The notes beneath the pieces are model-generated. The model saw nothing but the letters and a program-made list of their open reading frames with translations, made no database searches and was not told the DNA's origin. A stretch of DNA of 64,000 nucleotides from Felis catus (lineage: Eukaryota), in NCBI RefSeq assembly GCF_018350175.1, contig NC_058368.1:106518001-106582000 (forward strand), written 5' to 3'. Each line of letters opens with the position of its first letter. Position 1 is the stretch's first letter. This document shows, in pieces, positions 40,166-52,387 of this stretch. Position numbers and translations under genes: made by a program.

Positions 40166-42354
40166 ATTAATATTTTAGTTTAATCTGTAGTTCTGTGAGG
40201 TAAGAATGTGTAGTCTGTTCAGGGGATGAAAGGTTCTCTAAAAGGAAACATTTTTTTTTTTTTTATTAAAACCATCTTTCTACTTGCTGTACTCTTAGGG
40301 AAGTAGTTTGCCAACAAAATTCTAGAAAACACAGTAGGAAATCAAGACAAAGTTTACATGCAAGTTAATTGAGCTAAAAATAAATAAATAACCAGCTTGT
40401 GAGCCCTTTTAGAAGAACAAAATAATGAGACCTGAGATTAGGTATTTCTCAATGCTGAGACACGGCTTATTCATATTTAGGAACAAACCAGTTCTCTTAA
40501 GTGAGATCACTGTTTTGTTAAAAGCAATTTCTTTTTCTTTTTCTTTTTTTCTTAAGGCTCAACCGTAGCCCACCTGGAAGACAGTGCAAGTCACATGTTA
40601 GCAAAAAGTCAGAGAACCTCTGGCAAGATAATTTCCAGGTACTTAAACTGGTCAACTGCCTTCAAAACATCCACAGCTGCTGTTTTAGTTATAATTGAGG
40701 GCTTCCATTTTAGGAATCTGGATGGAGAATCATTTGTTGCCTTTGATTTTAATTTTATTTCCCTCCAGCTCACCCAGGCCTTACTCTATGGTTATCTCTT
40801 TTAATTTAATAAAAATCAAATAGCAAGTAGGTTAAAAACCATAATGCAAACCAAACTTCATACCCATATTTACCATTATTTTTTATACTGTACCATTAAT
40901 AAAAAGTCTGAGTCTAAAGAATTAATTATTGTAAGTATAAGCTCATATATGAGCACAAGCTGTATTTTGTGGTACTTTTGTATAGAATTGGTTATGAAGA
41001 GAATCTTAGGTGTATTTCATTTTTTTAAAATGCAGGCAGGATTTCAGATTCAGCAGTGACTGACAGGAAGATTATTTTAATAATTACATAAGTATATCAT
41101 TCCTTTTGAAACACTTAATGAGTATGAAATCTATTATGTAATGGGCTGGTGTCAGAGATAAAAAGGTGAATAAAACATTGTCTGTATCCCCCTAAGCATC
41201 GTAACAAGAAAATTTTGAAAGCAACTACACTGTAACTCACCATGTGTCACACTTCCCAAACCTGCCACCCACCTTCCATCCCATACATAATGTATGTTCC
41301 ACTCAAATTTCTTGTAATATTTTTTCTCATCAAATGTCCCATCGTCTTAGCCTATAAGACTTAGAATACATAGATGTGTTTGTGTGCTATATGCTGTTTC
41401 TATGCATTTTTATCCATGTATTTGCATATGTGTATGTAATAGTGCAGGTTAAGGATATGCATGTACATTTAAAATCTCTTAAACACCAACGTGTTTTCCA
41501 GATGACTCAAATTTTACAAAATGACATATTCACCACGATTCTGATCAGCCCTGGTAAAAATAAGGATAGTCTTAAAGAAGAGACAAGATCTCCTTTTTCT
41601 TAAATCTTGTATGTACTCCTTATGTTTTGTATAGCAGTGTATATACTCATACAAACAACAGTCTTGTAAGTGGCTTCACTTCTCGCACATTACAGCTTTC
41701 TTACCCAACCACTGAAACTTACTGAATACTTTTTCTTGTAAATAAAAAATTAAGATTTTCTTTTGGTGTAGGTTTTCCACTGTTTTAGATTGTAAATTCA
41801 GTACATAAGAGAGAAAGATATCTTAGAGTCAGGAATAGTCTTGTAAATGATGCTAACTGTGGTTACGTGTATATAACCTGGGGTATAAATGTATCATGCG
41901 TACTTGTAATACCTAATATATATGCATAGGGAATAAGGAGGAGAATATTGGAAAGCAGGATGTATGTTGAAAATGATGAGACCTGATGGCCAAATGAATA
42001 TTTTATGGATTATTCTTCAAAACATGAAAAATAATTAAAAGCTTTCAAACAAGAACAGAACATGGACAAAGAGATTATTTCATGCACGTGGGAATACTGT
42101 TGACATCTCCATGAATCTCACGGATAAGCCCTCCTAAAGCACGAAATGGATCTTTTGAATAATAAAATCTTGAAAACTTTCTTCTGCATGGAGATAATAA
42201 GTGGGCAGGAGAGCGGAAAGAGAGGATTACTGGAGCAGATAAATGGGAACCTAGATGTTTGTTCCATTTCTGAAAGTAAATTATGAGGTTGGTCATCTTG
42301 TGTAAGTCACTCAGATCCTGGTAGCTTTTCTTCAACTTTAATAATTCCGTGATT

Positions 42355-43804
42355 TTTTTTCATTATTGAGTATAATGTTACTTGTGGGTCTGTTGTATAT
42401 AGCCTTTAAAATTACCTTGAGGTAATACCTATATTACCGCAATTTGTTGAGGGTTTGTATCATGAAAGCACGTTGTGATTGTCAAAAGCTTTTTCCACAT
42501 CTTTTGACATAGTCCTGTGATTTTTATCTTTCATTCTACTAATGTGATGCATTGCATTTATTGATTTACTTATGTCGAACCATCCTTGCATCGCAGGGAG
42601 AAATCCCATTTGGTCATGGTTTATAATCCTTTGGATGCGTTCCTGAATTTAGTGTGCTAAAATTTTGTTGAGAATGTTTGCATCTATACTTACTCATTGG
42701 GGATATTGGTGTATAGTTTTCTATTATAGTGTCTGTGTCTGTCATCAGAATCACTGTAATGCTGGCCTCATAGTATGTTTAGAAGTATTTTCTCCTCTTT
42801 AAGTTTTTGGAAGAGTTTGAGAAGGGTTGGTATTAATTCTTCTATAACTGTTTAGCAGAATTCACCAGTGAAGCCATCTGGTTCTGGGGTTTTCTGTGTG
42901 GGAAGGTTTTTAATTATTGATTTAATCCCTTTACTCACTATGGTCTGTTTAGATTTTCTATTTCATACTGATTCATTCTTGATAGGTTGTGTATTTCTAG
43001 AAATTTATCCATTTCTTCCAGGTTTTCTAATTCGTTGGTATGTAATTGTCCATAGTAGTCTCATGTGATCCTGTGTATGTCTGTGGTATCATTGTAATAT
43101 CTTCTCTTTTATTCCTAAGCTTATATATTCAAGTCATCTTGCTTTTTTTCCTTAGTTCAGCTAAAAAATTGTCAATTTTCTTTATCTTTTTGAAAAACCA
43201 CCTCTTAATTTTTTTCAATTCTATCTTTTTCTGGTCTCTCATTTATTGCTACTCTGATATTTCTGTTTGCCTTTCTCCTGATAACTTTGGGCTTAATTAA
43301 CTCTTCATTTTCTAATTCTTTGAGGTGTAAAATTACATTATTTGCAATCTTTTAGTTTCTTGATGTTTGCATTTATTGCTGTTGACTTTCAGAGCTGTTT
43401 TCACAGCATCCCATAGGTTTTGGTATATTGTGCTTCCGTTTCCACTTGTTTGAAGATTAAAAAATTTTTTTCTTTTGATTTATTCTTTGAAATCAAAGTT
43501 GTTAAAAACTGTGTTTGTTTATTTTCCACGTATTTTTAGATGTTTCGGCTTTCGTCTTGTTGTTGATTTCCATTTCATACCACTGTGGTCAGAAAAGACA
43601 GTTGGTATGATTTCAATCTTCTTGAATTTGCTGAGACTTATTTTGTGTCCTGTTATATGATCTATCATGGAGAATGTTCCATGTGCCCTTGAGAAGAATG
43701 TGTATTCTGCTGCTGTTGGATGGAATGTTCTATATATATCTATTAAGTCCATTTGATCTAAAGTGTGCTTCAATTTCAGGGTTTGCTTGTTGATTTTCTG
43801 CCTG
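42355..43804 (-). mobile_element. L1 ORF2 segment, endonuclease through start of RT (inverted arm)
   Basis: LDQMDLIDIYRTFHPTAAEYTFFSRAHGTFSMIDHITGHK...SDH at the 43.8-kb end; KAIYNRPTSNIILNNEK at the 42.36-kb end. Confidence 0.93.
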
Positions 43805-43950
43805 TTAAGATCAGGAACAAAACAGAGATGCCCAGTTTGACCACTCTTGTTCAGTATTGTACTGGAAGTCTGTCCTAGGGCAATCAGGAAAGGCATCTGA
43901 ATCAGAAAATGAAGGAGTAAATGGTAATTATTTGCAAATGATATGATTTT
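43805..43950 (+). mobile_element. L1 ORF2 RT fragment (sense arm)
   Basis: LRSGTKQRCPV*PLLFSIVLEVCPRAIR ... LFANDMI, matching consensus [28 protein letters not shown] ... LFADDMI. Confidence 0.88.
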
Positions 43951-44084
43951 GATTTGTTTGTGCAATGAGGTAAATAAAGATACAGTTTTTATAGGTTCCT
44001 GGTCTGTCATTCTCTGTATGTCAGTATTGCCTTCCCTCTGGGTCATGGGATGAACACTGTACCTTTAAGAATCCCATCCTTATT

Positions 44085-44185
44085 GGGGTACCTGGCTGCC
44101 TCCCTTGGTTAGAACATGTGACTCTTGATCTCCCGGTTGTGAGTTCAAGCCCCACATTGTGCATACAGCTTGCTTAAAAAAAAAA
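44085..44185 (+). mobile_element. Short older-type Can-SINE (tRNA-like head plus A-tail, no CT tract)
   Basis: GGGGTACCTGGCTG...GACTCTTGATCTC..GGTTGTGAGTTCAAGCCCCACATTG then poly-A; degenerate TSD AAGAATC..ATC. Confidence 0.85.
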
Positions 44186-44850
44186 GAATCAAATCTTTGC
44201 ACCATAGCATCTCAGTTGGGAAAGAAAGAACTTAGGGATATTCTCTTGCCTTCAGAATGTCCTATTTTTCTGAAAGCTTTTTTCCAGGAGACTTCCTCTT
44301 ACATTTCAGTGATGAGGAATGAGATTAGTTCAACTCTTACTGCCACTGATGCCACCATAACCATCTTGTACCCTAGAGTTAGGTACATTCATTCAAACAA
44401 AAGCAGGTTTCTTGTCGCTGGAAAGAAGAGAGAATGACTGCTGAGTAGGCAAAATCTCTTGTGTTCCACTGGCTAGGATATTAAAATGAGATAAGCTGTA
44501 CTCCCTGTACCTAAGGAGCACACAGTATTTTGGTGCATTTAGAAAAACAGAGTTGACTGTGATAAATTTATTTTAAAATGTGATAATAGGTGAGTGGGAA
44601 TGAGGAAAAAGGGAGTCACTCTGACAAGGGAAAGGGAAATAAACTATCATTTACTAAACTGCTACTCTGTGCCAACTTTATAAATGTATGTTGAATAAAT
44701 TCGTTGAATGAAAAATAATTTTAACACAGAAAGACAAATTGGAAAGCTGAGCTAATTAATAAACCCAAGTTTCGAACTCATGACTATAGTCCCACACCAC
44801 AATACCTTTCATCAGATCTTACTTCATATTCTTTAACATTTGCATTGTAA

Positions 44851-45089
44851 GGGTGCCTGAGTGGCTCAGTCAGTTGAACATCCAGTTCTTGACTTCTGCT
44901 CAGGTCATGATCTTATGGTTCATGGGGTTGGGCCCTGCATCAGGCTCTGTGTTGGAGATTCTCTGGGATTCTCAGAGAGAAGTGGAGCCTTCCTGGGATT
45001 CTCTCTCCCTCTCCCCCCGCACCCACCCCCTAATGTGTGTGCGCTTGTGCATGCTCTCTCTCTCAAAATAAATAAACATTTTTTAAAAA
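44851..45089 (+). mobile_element. Can-SINE
   Basis: TSD T(T/C)GCATTGTAA; internal rearrangement around GATTCTC. Confidence 0.93.
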
Positions 45090-46009
45090 TCGCATTGTAA
45101 AATCTGATCTAGTTGCATAAACATATAGCCATCCTCCCTTAAAAGAAAAAAGTGGGGACCTTCTACTTTACATATAAACATTTTTGAAAGAATTAATCTT
45201 TTGGATCAGATCAAATTGGAGGTCATCTAATTGGGTAACATCCAGTAAATTTACCAACCAAATACAACACTATGGCTCATAATTTCCCATTGGGATAATT
45301 AAAGGAGGCTGTGCTCTTTCAGTGATGGGACGTCCTTGACAAGGAGCAGGAAAGAAACCTAGTCCTATAATAAAATGTCTTGAAGTTGTCTGCAGTTTGT
45401 CTCAAAAATACCCTGTTGAAGGGCTACTTTTAAAGAAATGAAGAAAATGTTAATTGGAGGAGCTGTTTTGTCATGCCAATTACAACACAGTATGTTTATT
45501 CTTACTGCATAATATTCACCAGACTTCCTACGTCTCACACAACAGTTCTGAAGCAGGAGAAAAGATCCAATCCTAATTAGAAGCGGGTTGATCAGACGAA
45601 TTTATTTGAGGGGGATTAACTATCCATTCAGAAACAAAGGGCCAAGTTCTTACTCCTTCTCAGCTTCAAAAGGAGCTCCCAGCAAATAAACAAGCAAGTG
45701 AAGAAGAGGGAAATGGATTCCGGCTCCATTTCTCATCCTTCTGAAGACACAAAAAGGACATGCGATGGCCTCAGGCAACATCGCTGCAATCTGTGAGTTG
45801 CAACCATGAAGCAGTAGCAGTGGGTATTACACTTTCAGCTTTACCCAAAATGTTTAAATTAAAATGTTGGGCGGGAGCAAAACCTTCCAAGTGGCAAATA
45901 CTTTTAATACTTTTTCTAAGTCATCGGCTTAATATATATATTCACATATACATTATGTAAGAATATAATAATAATATAGATAATCTTGTTCTGGAATTCT
46001 CAGAGTATG

Positions 46010-46194
46010 TTTTTTTAATTTTTAAATGTCTATTTATTTTTGAGAGAGAGAGAGGTAGACAGACAGAACCTGAAGCAGGCTCCAGGCTCTGAGCTGTCAG
46101 CGCAGACCCTGGTGCAGGGCTTGAACCCACAAACCACGAAATCATGACCTGAGCTGAAGTCGGATGCTTAGCCAACTGAGCCACCCAGGTGCCT
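46010..46194 (-). mobile_element. Can-SINE
   Basis: CTC(A/G)GAGTAT on both sides as TSD. Confidence 0.94.
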
Positions 46195-48177
46195 CTCGGA
46201 GTATTTTTGATGGTATAGTACAATATTAGATTGTTAGCTGCTGTAATTGCATTCCACTGTGTTAACAGAAGTATAGTAACTTGGGAGAGGGTGCCTACTA
46301 GTCGTTTTATGTTTGACATCTTGAGTAGATGTTTTAAACTCATACAGTTCATAACTATTGTTAAATTAACGTGATGGAAATAGTTGTAAAAGTGAAACAT
46401 TTTTGTAACGGGAAAGCTACATAGTAACTAAGAAAAAACAGCAGTTTTTAAAAGAGTTGATTCCAAGTAGTATGTTGTGTTCATTGACAAGAATATTCTT
46501 TAGGGGGAAGAGATAATAACTATGGTTACTTTTAAGTTGAAACAGACATAATGCTATTCAAAGCTTCTTTGATTACTTACATTTCTGTTATGCAAGGAAA
46601 CAAATTAAGTTCTGAACAAATTAACCCTCAATTTAAGTCTAAGGGAAAATGTTCCATTAAGTTCTTTGCTGTGTTTTCAAAAAGTCTCAGGTCTGCCTCT
46701 GAAGAGAAGTAATACATAAATTTTAGACTTGGGACAAGTGATAGAGAATATATTTCAAATTAGTTCTTGAGAAGAATTTTTTTTCTTCAAGAAATTATTA
46801 CTATTGAGTGTCATAAATGTTACTATAAACACCTGCACTATTTTCAGGCTCCTGTGTGAATGTAAGACAGTAAGTTTACTTTCATAAGAAAACTGGTTTG
46901 AGATGAAACCCTTGCTAACCTTGCTTGTGGCCAAAAAATAAAGAAGCATCACTTCAAAATTATAAAATTTAAGTACTTTAAAAGATAGGATACCATTTTC
47001 CCATTTACGATGACAGATGGTTTTCATTCTTTTAAAAAATACAGGGAAGTAATAACTGCCTTCTGTGAGGAAAAAAATTAACATTACAGATAGGTGTCAC
47101 ATAAATATTACAAATCCTGTTTCCTAAATTCAGACCACTCCCCAGGGGTATGTTTTCTTTTCTATTCCTCCAGACTTGCCAAGAGAATCATGCTACAAAT
47201 AATGTTTAGGAACTCTTTATGTTGCCTGACATATCTTGTAAATCTTTTCATAGTTACAACATTTATTTTAGGGACTACTAAGTGTAAATTGGGATGGGGA
47301 TAGTATGATTTATCCAGCTAGTCCATGCTTCTTCCTTTAAAGTGTTGTAAAAATACCTCCATCGATTGTTAGGCTGCTTCTATGGGTAATTCCTAGAAAT
47401 AAAAATTCCTTGGGGCTGAATTGGTAACGAGCCCCCTTTTGCTTTATAATATTCGGGGCAATTTTTTTTTGTCAGTTGGTACTTTGCCTTTTCCAATTTG
47501 TTTCTGGTGGATTCTAACTGTGTCAGTAATAAAACTTTAATTTTTATGTGATAAAATGCACTTAGGTGTGTAACTTTTAGATTTCTATCATACTTGTGAA
47601 GGGTACCCTTTGCTTTTAGATTGAAAAAACAGTGCCCCCCTCTTTTAATGAACTTACATAGTTTATTAAAATAGTGAACTCTTAAATATTAAGAATGGCA
47701 AGAGCTTACAGCCCTAAAAAATTAGCCTTGCCAAGATATCAGAGTTATCTAAGCTTTGAGCACAGGCCTGCTTGAATTCAGCTTTCTTTAATTAGTCCTG
47801 CAATACTTTTAGAAATGGGGTGTGATAGATTAAAATTCTTATAAGGTTGATAGTGAGACTGTTATTATTTAATTTGTCTTCATTATTGACTGAATAAAGG
47901 TCTATATGAGAAATCAGTGGCTGCACCTCCAAATAAACGAAGTCTATCAAAAGTTTTATTAACAGTTTCTGTCTTCCTATTCATGAGATAAAAGAGTCAA
48001 TTTAATAACAGATCTTTACTAAGTGCTTATAGGGTGCCAGTTACTGTGGTAACTAATAGAAAGAGATCTGTACTTAGGAAAAAAGGCAGGACACCTGCTT
48101 TCCTGGGGACTGTAGCTATTGGTACTTACCCATGGATCTCTAAGTTTTTCAGTTTGCTTAAAAATGTTTTCTCTCCT

Positions 48178-48357
48178 GGGACACTTGGGTGGTTCAGTCG
48201 CAGTTCAGGTCATGATCTGGTTTGTGAGTTTGAGCCTTACATTGGGCTGTGGGCTGAAAGCTCAGAGCCTGGATCGTGATTTGGATTCTGTTTCTCCCTA
48301 TGTCTGTCTGTCTGTCTGTCTCTCTGTCTCTCAAAAATAAATAAACATTTACAAAAA
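48178..48357 (+). mobile_element. Can-SINE, first of a tandem pair, with deletions
   Basis: Head, body, (TGTC)n and tail. Confidence 0.9.
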
Positions 48358-48366
48358 TATTATCTT

Positions 48367-48580
48367 GGGGCGCCTGGGTAGCTTAGTAGATTAAGCGTCC
48401 AACATCAGCTCAGGTCATGATCTCATGGTCCATGGGTTTGTGGCCCACATTGGGCTCTGTGCTGACAGCTCAGAGCCTGGATTCTGCTTCAGAATCTGTG
48501 TCTCCCTCTCTCTGTGCCCCTCCCCTGCTCACACTCTGTCTCTCTCCATCTCTGAAAAATGAATACACATTAAAAAAAAA
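48367..48580 (+). mobile_element. Can-SINE, second of a tandem pair
   Basis: GGGGCGCCTGGGT head; flanked by TTATCTT direct repeats. Confidence 0.95.
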
Positions 48581-49556
48581 GTTATCTTCCCTTTGACATT
48601 TTCCCTTGGAAAAATTTCCTATATTTTCAAATGGAAAACTGAATATCACTTCAGAAGTGGTATCTAATTAATAGTAAAAAGGTCATTATGTTTTATTATT
48701 TATTGGCAGGTGCATTATTTATTGGCCTGTACTTTGCACATCCCTTTTGGTAGTGGTCACGACTTTCCACGGTCAGCACTGGATTCCTCTTTGATACACA
48801 TTACACATAGAATTGCTAAATATTTTACCCAAGGATATGAAACTAAGCTAATGTGAGATGTAAATTAAGTCCAGGCCAATACAATTAAAACTTGAATGTT
48901 TTCAGCAATAGACTACAATTCTTTATTTTGGAGTTGTATAATTTTAATTCTGACTTTTAGAAATAGAATTTGGGATTAATTTACATCTCAGTTTTGTTTA
49001 GCTGGGCATCCCTGAGCAAAATATTTAATCTTTCTAGGTTGACCTTTTGTAACATATGAACGGTTCCAACCTCACAGGCTTGTTGGCAACATGATAGCAT
49101 TTTGGGACTTTAACTGACCTCATATATGATGTACAACCTACAAATCAGACAAAGTTTCGCCTGTTTTAAGTCTTAGAGATGGTTGAAAAAATACAAGGCA
49201 TCAGGTATGTTTATAAATATGTGTGTACATTTCTAAGAATGGTTGTGTATTTTATTTCTGTAATGCATATATTTTATAAAGTTTGTATAAAAGTTTGAAG
49301 TGTACTTTCATAATCCACTAATTTTCAGTGGATTGTTGATATTGGAAATTTTTACTAGTTTTGATGATGATTTCTGAGTTGGATGCTAGAATAGTGGTGT
49401 ACTTTCCTTTGGGAAAATATGAGGAAAAATACTCTTTCCATTTGAAGTAAACATTTTTACTGTTATCCAAGTAACATAATGTGAAAGCTTTAGTATCACC
49501 AAGAACACACTGTTCAGTGCTTCTCTTTCTCTGGTTTGTTCTTTTTTCTTTCTTTT

Positions 49557-49558
49557 TT

Positions 49559-49614
<56 letters not shown>

Positions 49615-49616
49615 TC
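49557..49616. repeat. (TTTC)15 tetranucleotide microsatellite
   Basis: Directly visible perfect array. Confidence 0.97.
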
Positions 49617-50381
49617 ACTTTCTTGAAGTTCAGGCCCTTTTTTTGTAAAAGGACAATAACATTATGTGGCCTGTCATAACTTAAATAAAATAACTATTTA
49701 AATATACATAACACATTTCCTTATACTTACATGCTCACTAAGTGAAAGCTCTCATTTTCCTTGACAAGGAAAAGTCATATTTACTAAATCTAAAAATGGA
49801 AAAATGATAGAGAAAAAAACCTCTCATCATCGACATTAACTGTTTATCCTGGACAGAGTTTTAATGGACTGGGTTTCACTATTGAAATTCCTTGGATTTA
49901 TAAAGTGGAATTACCTAAGACACTGCTTCTCAAATCTTTTTCTCTGAAGTACTATTTACAGTTGAGAAAAAAAATGATGAAAATCTCTGCTAGTTGGAAG
50001 ACTCTCTTAAAATTATCAAGTTTTGATCTAAAAATTAATTCTAGTTTTATATTCAATTCCATAATAAGGAAGAGGCGCAATACAAAGTGGTGATTAAACC
50101 ATAGGCTTCAGAGCGCAGGAGGTAAGAATTTAAGTCTAGGATATAATTGTATATTTTGTATCGTGGTCTTTCACAAAGTACTTTATTTCTGTGAGCCATC
50201 AGGTAGAACCGACACTGGAGAGATGGATGATGATTATCTTAATATACTGTGAAAGGACAAAGTGTGTTCATAAAACTTTTTATTCCTTGATCCTAAGGTT
50301 CTCTCCAGATGCATTCAAAATGAGAAGATTTGGTATAGACGGATAATTGCACAAATGTCACATTTAAAAATCTTTTTTGCT

Positions 50382-50751
50382 GGAATACTACGTGGCAATG
50401 AGAAAAAATGAAATATGGCCTTTTGTAGCAACGTGGATGGAACTGGAGAGTGTGATGCTAAGTGAAATAAGCCATACAGAGAAAGACAGATACCATATGG
50501 TTTCACTCTTAGGTGGATCCTGAGAAACTTAACAGAAACCCATGGGGGAGGGGAAGGAAAAAAAAAAAAAGAGGTTAGAGTGGGAGAGAGCCAAAGCATA
50601 AGAGACTGTTAAAAACTGAGAACAAACTGAGGGTTGATGGGGGGTGGGAGGGAGGGGAGGGTGGGTGATGGGTATTGAGGAGGGCACCTTTTGGGATGAG
50701 CACTGGGTGTTGTATGGAAACCAATTTGACAATAAATTTCATATATTAAAA
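50382..50751 (+). mobile_element. Young 5'-truncated felid L1 3' end
   Basis: ORF2 terminus (NEIWPFVATWMELESVMLSEIS), G-rich 3'UTR, AATAAA, A-tail; perfect 16-bp TSD AAAAATCTTTTTTGCT at 50366-50381 and 50752-50767. Confidence 0.97.
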
Positions 50752-52050
50752 AAAAATCTTTTTTGCTTTTGTAGGTAATTTTAGTCTGCAACCTGTGGGC
50801 CTGAGGTCACTGCTGTTAAGAGATTGCATAAGTGAGATCTTAAAAAGTAGACAGTCGTTCCTCTCTTGTAAACAATTACAGGAGTTTGTCCAGAGTTGTT
50901 CTTGAGGCTTTATAGTCATTAGAAACCCGAAATCTTTCCACTGTGTTGTTTTGCCGTGTGCAAAAAGAATCTTCCATCTAGCAGTCAGTGAAAGTTGCCC
51001 AAATTCTTGCTTTTACGTTTCATTCTAGGTAGTGAAATCATGAAAGAAGAGGGAAGGGAACGATCCTTTTTATTAAAGGTACACTCTCAAAATTGCACAC
51101 TTTTCATTGGCCACTCCAGTGTTCAGTGGAGGAGGGAAATTAAGACCTTTAACTTAGTGGCTATGTACTCAACAAAAAGTGAGGGTCCTGTTATTAAAGG
51201 AAGAGGGGGAGAATTGAAAACAAAGGAACTTCACAGTCTCTGTTACAGTCTCATTTATGTCCCTGCCAGGTAAGAAGAATCCAGACAGTAGGGGTCACCA
51301 CTAGTCTAGACCACATTCTGCCTTGATTACTACTCCCTGTCCCAGAGAGTTTTGTGAATCTCCCAGACACACCCACCGGATGGGCCTGTTGTCCTCTCTC
51401 TACTGAAATTTTCAAAAACGCAGGGACCTAAGTGTTAATCTTAACAAATTGGAATGTACTCTGTAGAGCTAATTGAGGAAGGAACTAAAGTAAAACCAAA
51501 CAAAACAATGAGCACATGTAGAGGGTTGAAAATGAAGTGGATCAAGTTACATGCAAAGAAAAGTTTGGATAAATATTCCTTAGTTGGCTTTGACTTTGGG
51601 AAAAGATTTAATCCTGATTCCGAGTACACGGTGTTCAGTTCTACCAGATATATTATTTCATCTGGGAAACTGACTTTTTGTGAAATCTGACATAAATCCA
51701 CCACGTTTCTGTCCTTATATTTCTGTGACCTCTGGCCACATCTTTACTAGGTTGTTGAAATCTACCTCTTATCTATACCCAAATAATCTATATTTGTTTA
51801 TTTTAACCTGTACCTTGGTTAACTTGAATTTCTTCTTTCTTTGTTTCTTTTAGATCTTCAGGTGTTTGTTTTCTGGAAATTTTACCCTTAATCCTGACTG
51901 TGATGCTCAATCAGCTGATAGCCTCCAGCATGGCCAACTATGCATTTTGGGGCCTGGTGTTCCCATCAGTGATAGGATGGTCCTCAACTCTGTTTCATAG
52001 CAGCATGATTAGTTCATTCTTGACCAGTGTTTTCATTTCCTAGAGCTGAC

Positions 52051-52387
52051 TGTGTGGTCTGAATGTTTATGTCACCCCCAAATTCAGATGTTGAAATCCT
52101 AACCCCCCAAAAATGGGATCTTTGGGAGGTGTTTAAATTATGAGGTTGGAGCCCTTCTTAATGGGATTGGTGTCTTATCTTAGAGGGTCCAGAGGGATCC
52201 CTTGCTCCTTCCACCATGTAAGGACACAGCAAGATGTCTCTTGCTATGAACCCTTACCATAATGTGACCATACTGGTACCTTGACCCTAGACTTCTAGGT
52301 TTCAGGACTGTAAGCAATAAATTTCTGTTGTTGATAAGCTACCCAGTCAGTGGTGTTTTGTTATAGTGGCTAGAATGGTTTAAGACA
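52051..52387 (+). mobile_element. MaLR solo LTR (MLT1A-like)
   Basis: TG...CA ends, TGAATGTTTATGTC..CCCCAAATTC, AATAAATTTCTGTTGTT..TAAGCTACCCAGT; 5-bp TSD CTGAC/CTGAT. Confidence 0.88.

Noticed and set aside
43519..44046. Longest ORF (175 aa, minus strand)
   Set aside because: It is a chimera of flanking DNA, antisense L1 RT sequence and the L1 endonuclease across an inversion junction, not a host gene.
44085..44160. tRNA-like sequence with A and B boxes
   Set aside because: It is a Can-SINE head with an A-tail and degenerate TSD, not a tRNA gene. The same applies to all SINE heads in the window.
45942..46400. 152-aa ORF and the many similar ORFs containing WVAQ/SAQVMIS/LSLSLS
   Set aside because: These are read-throughs of Can-SINE sequence, with no sign of coding function.
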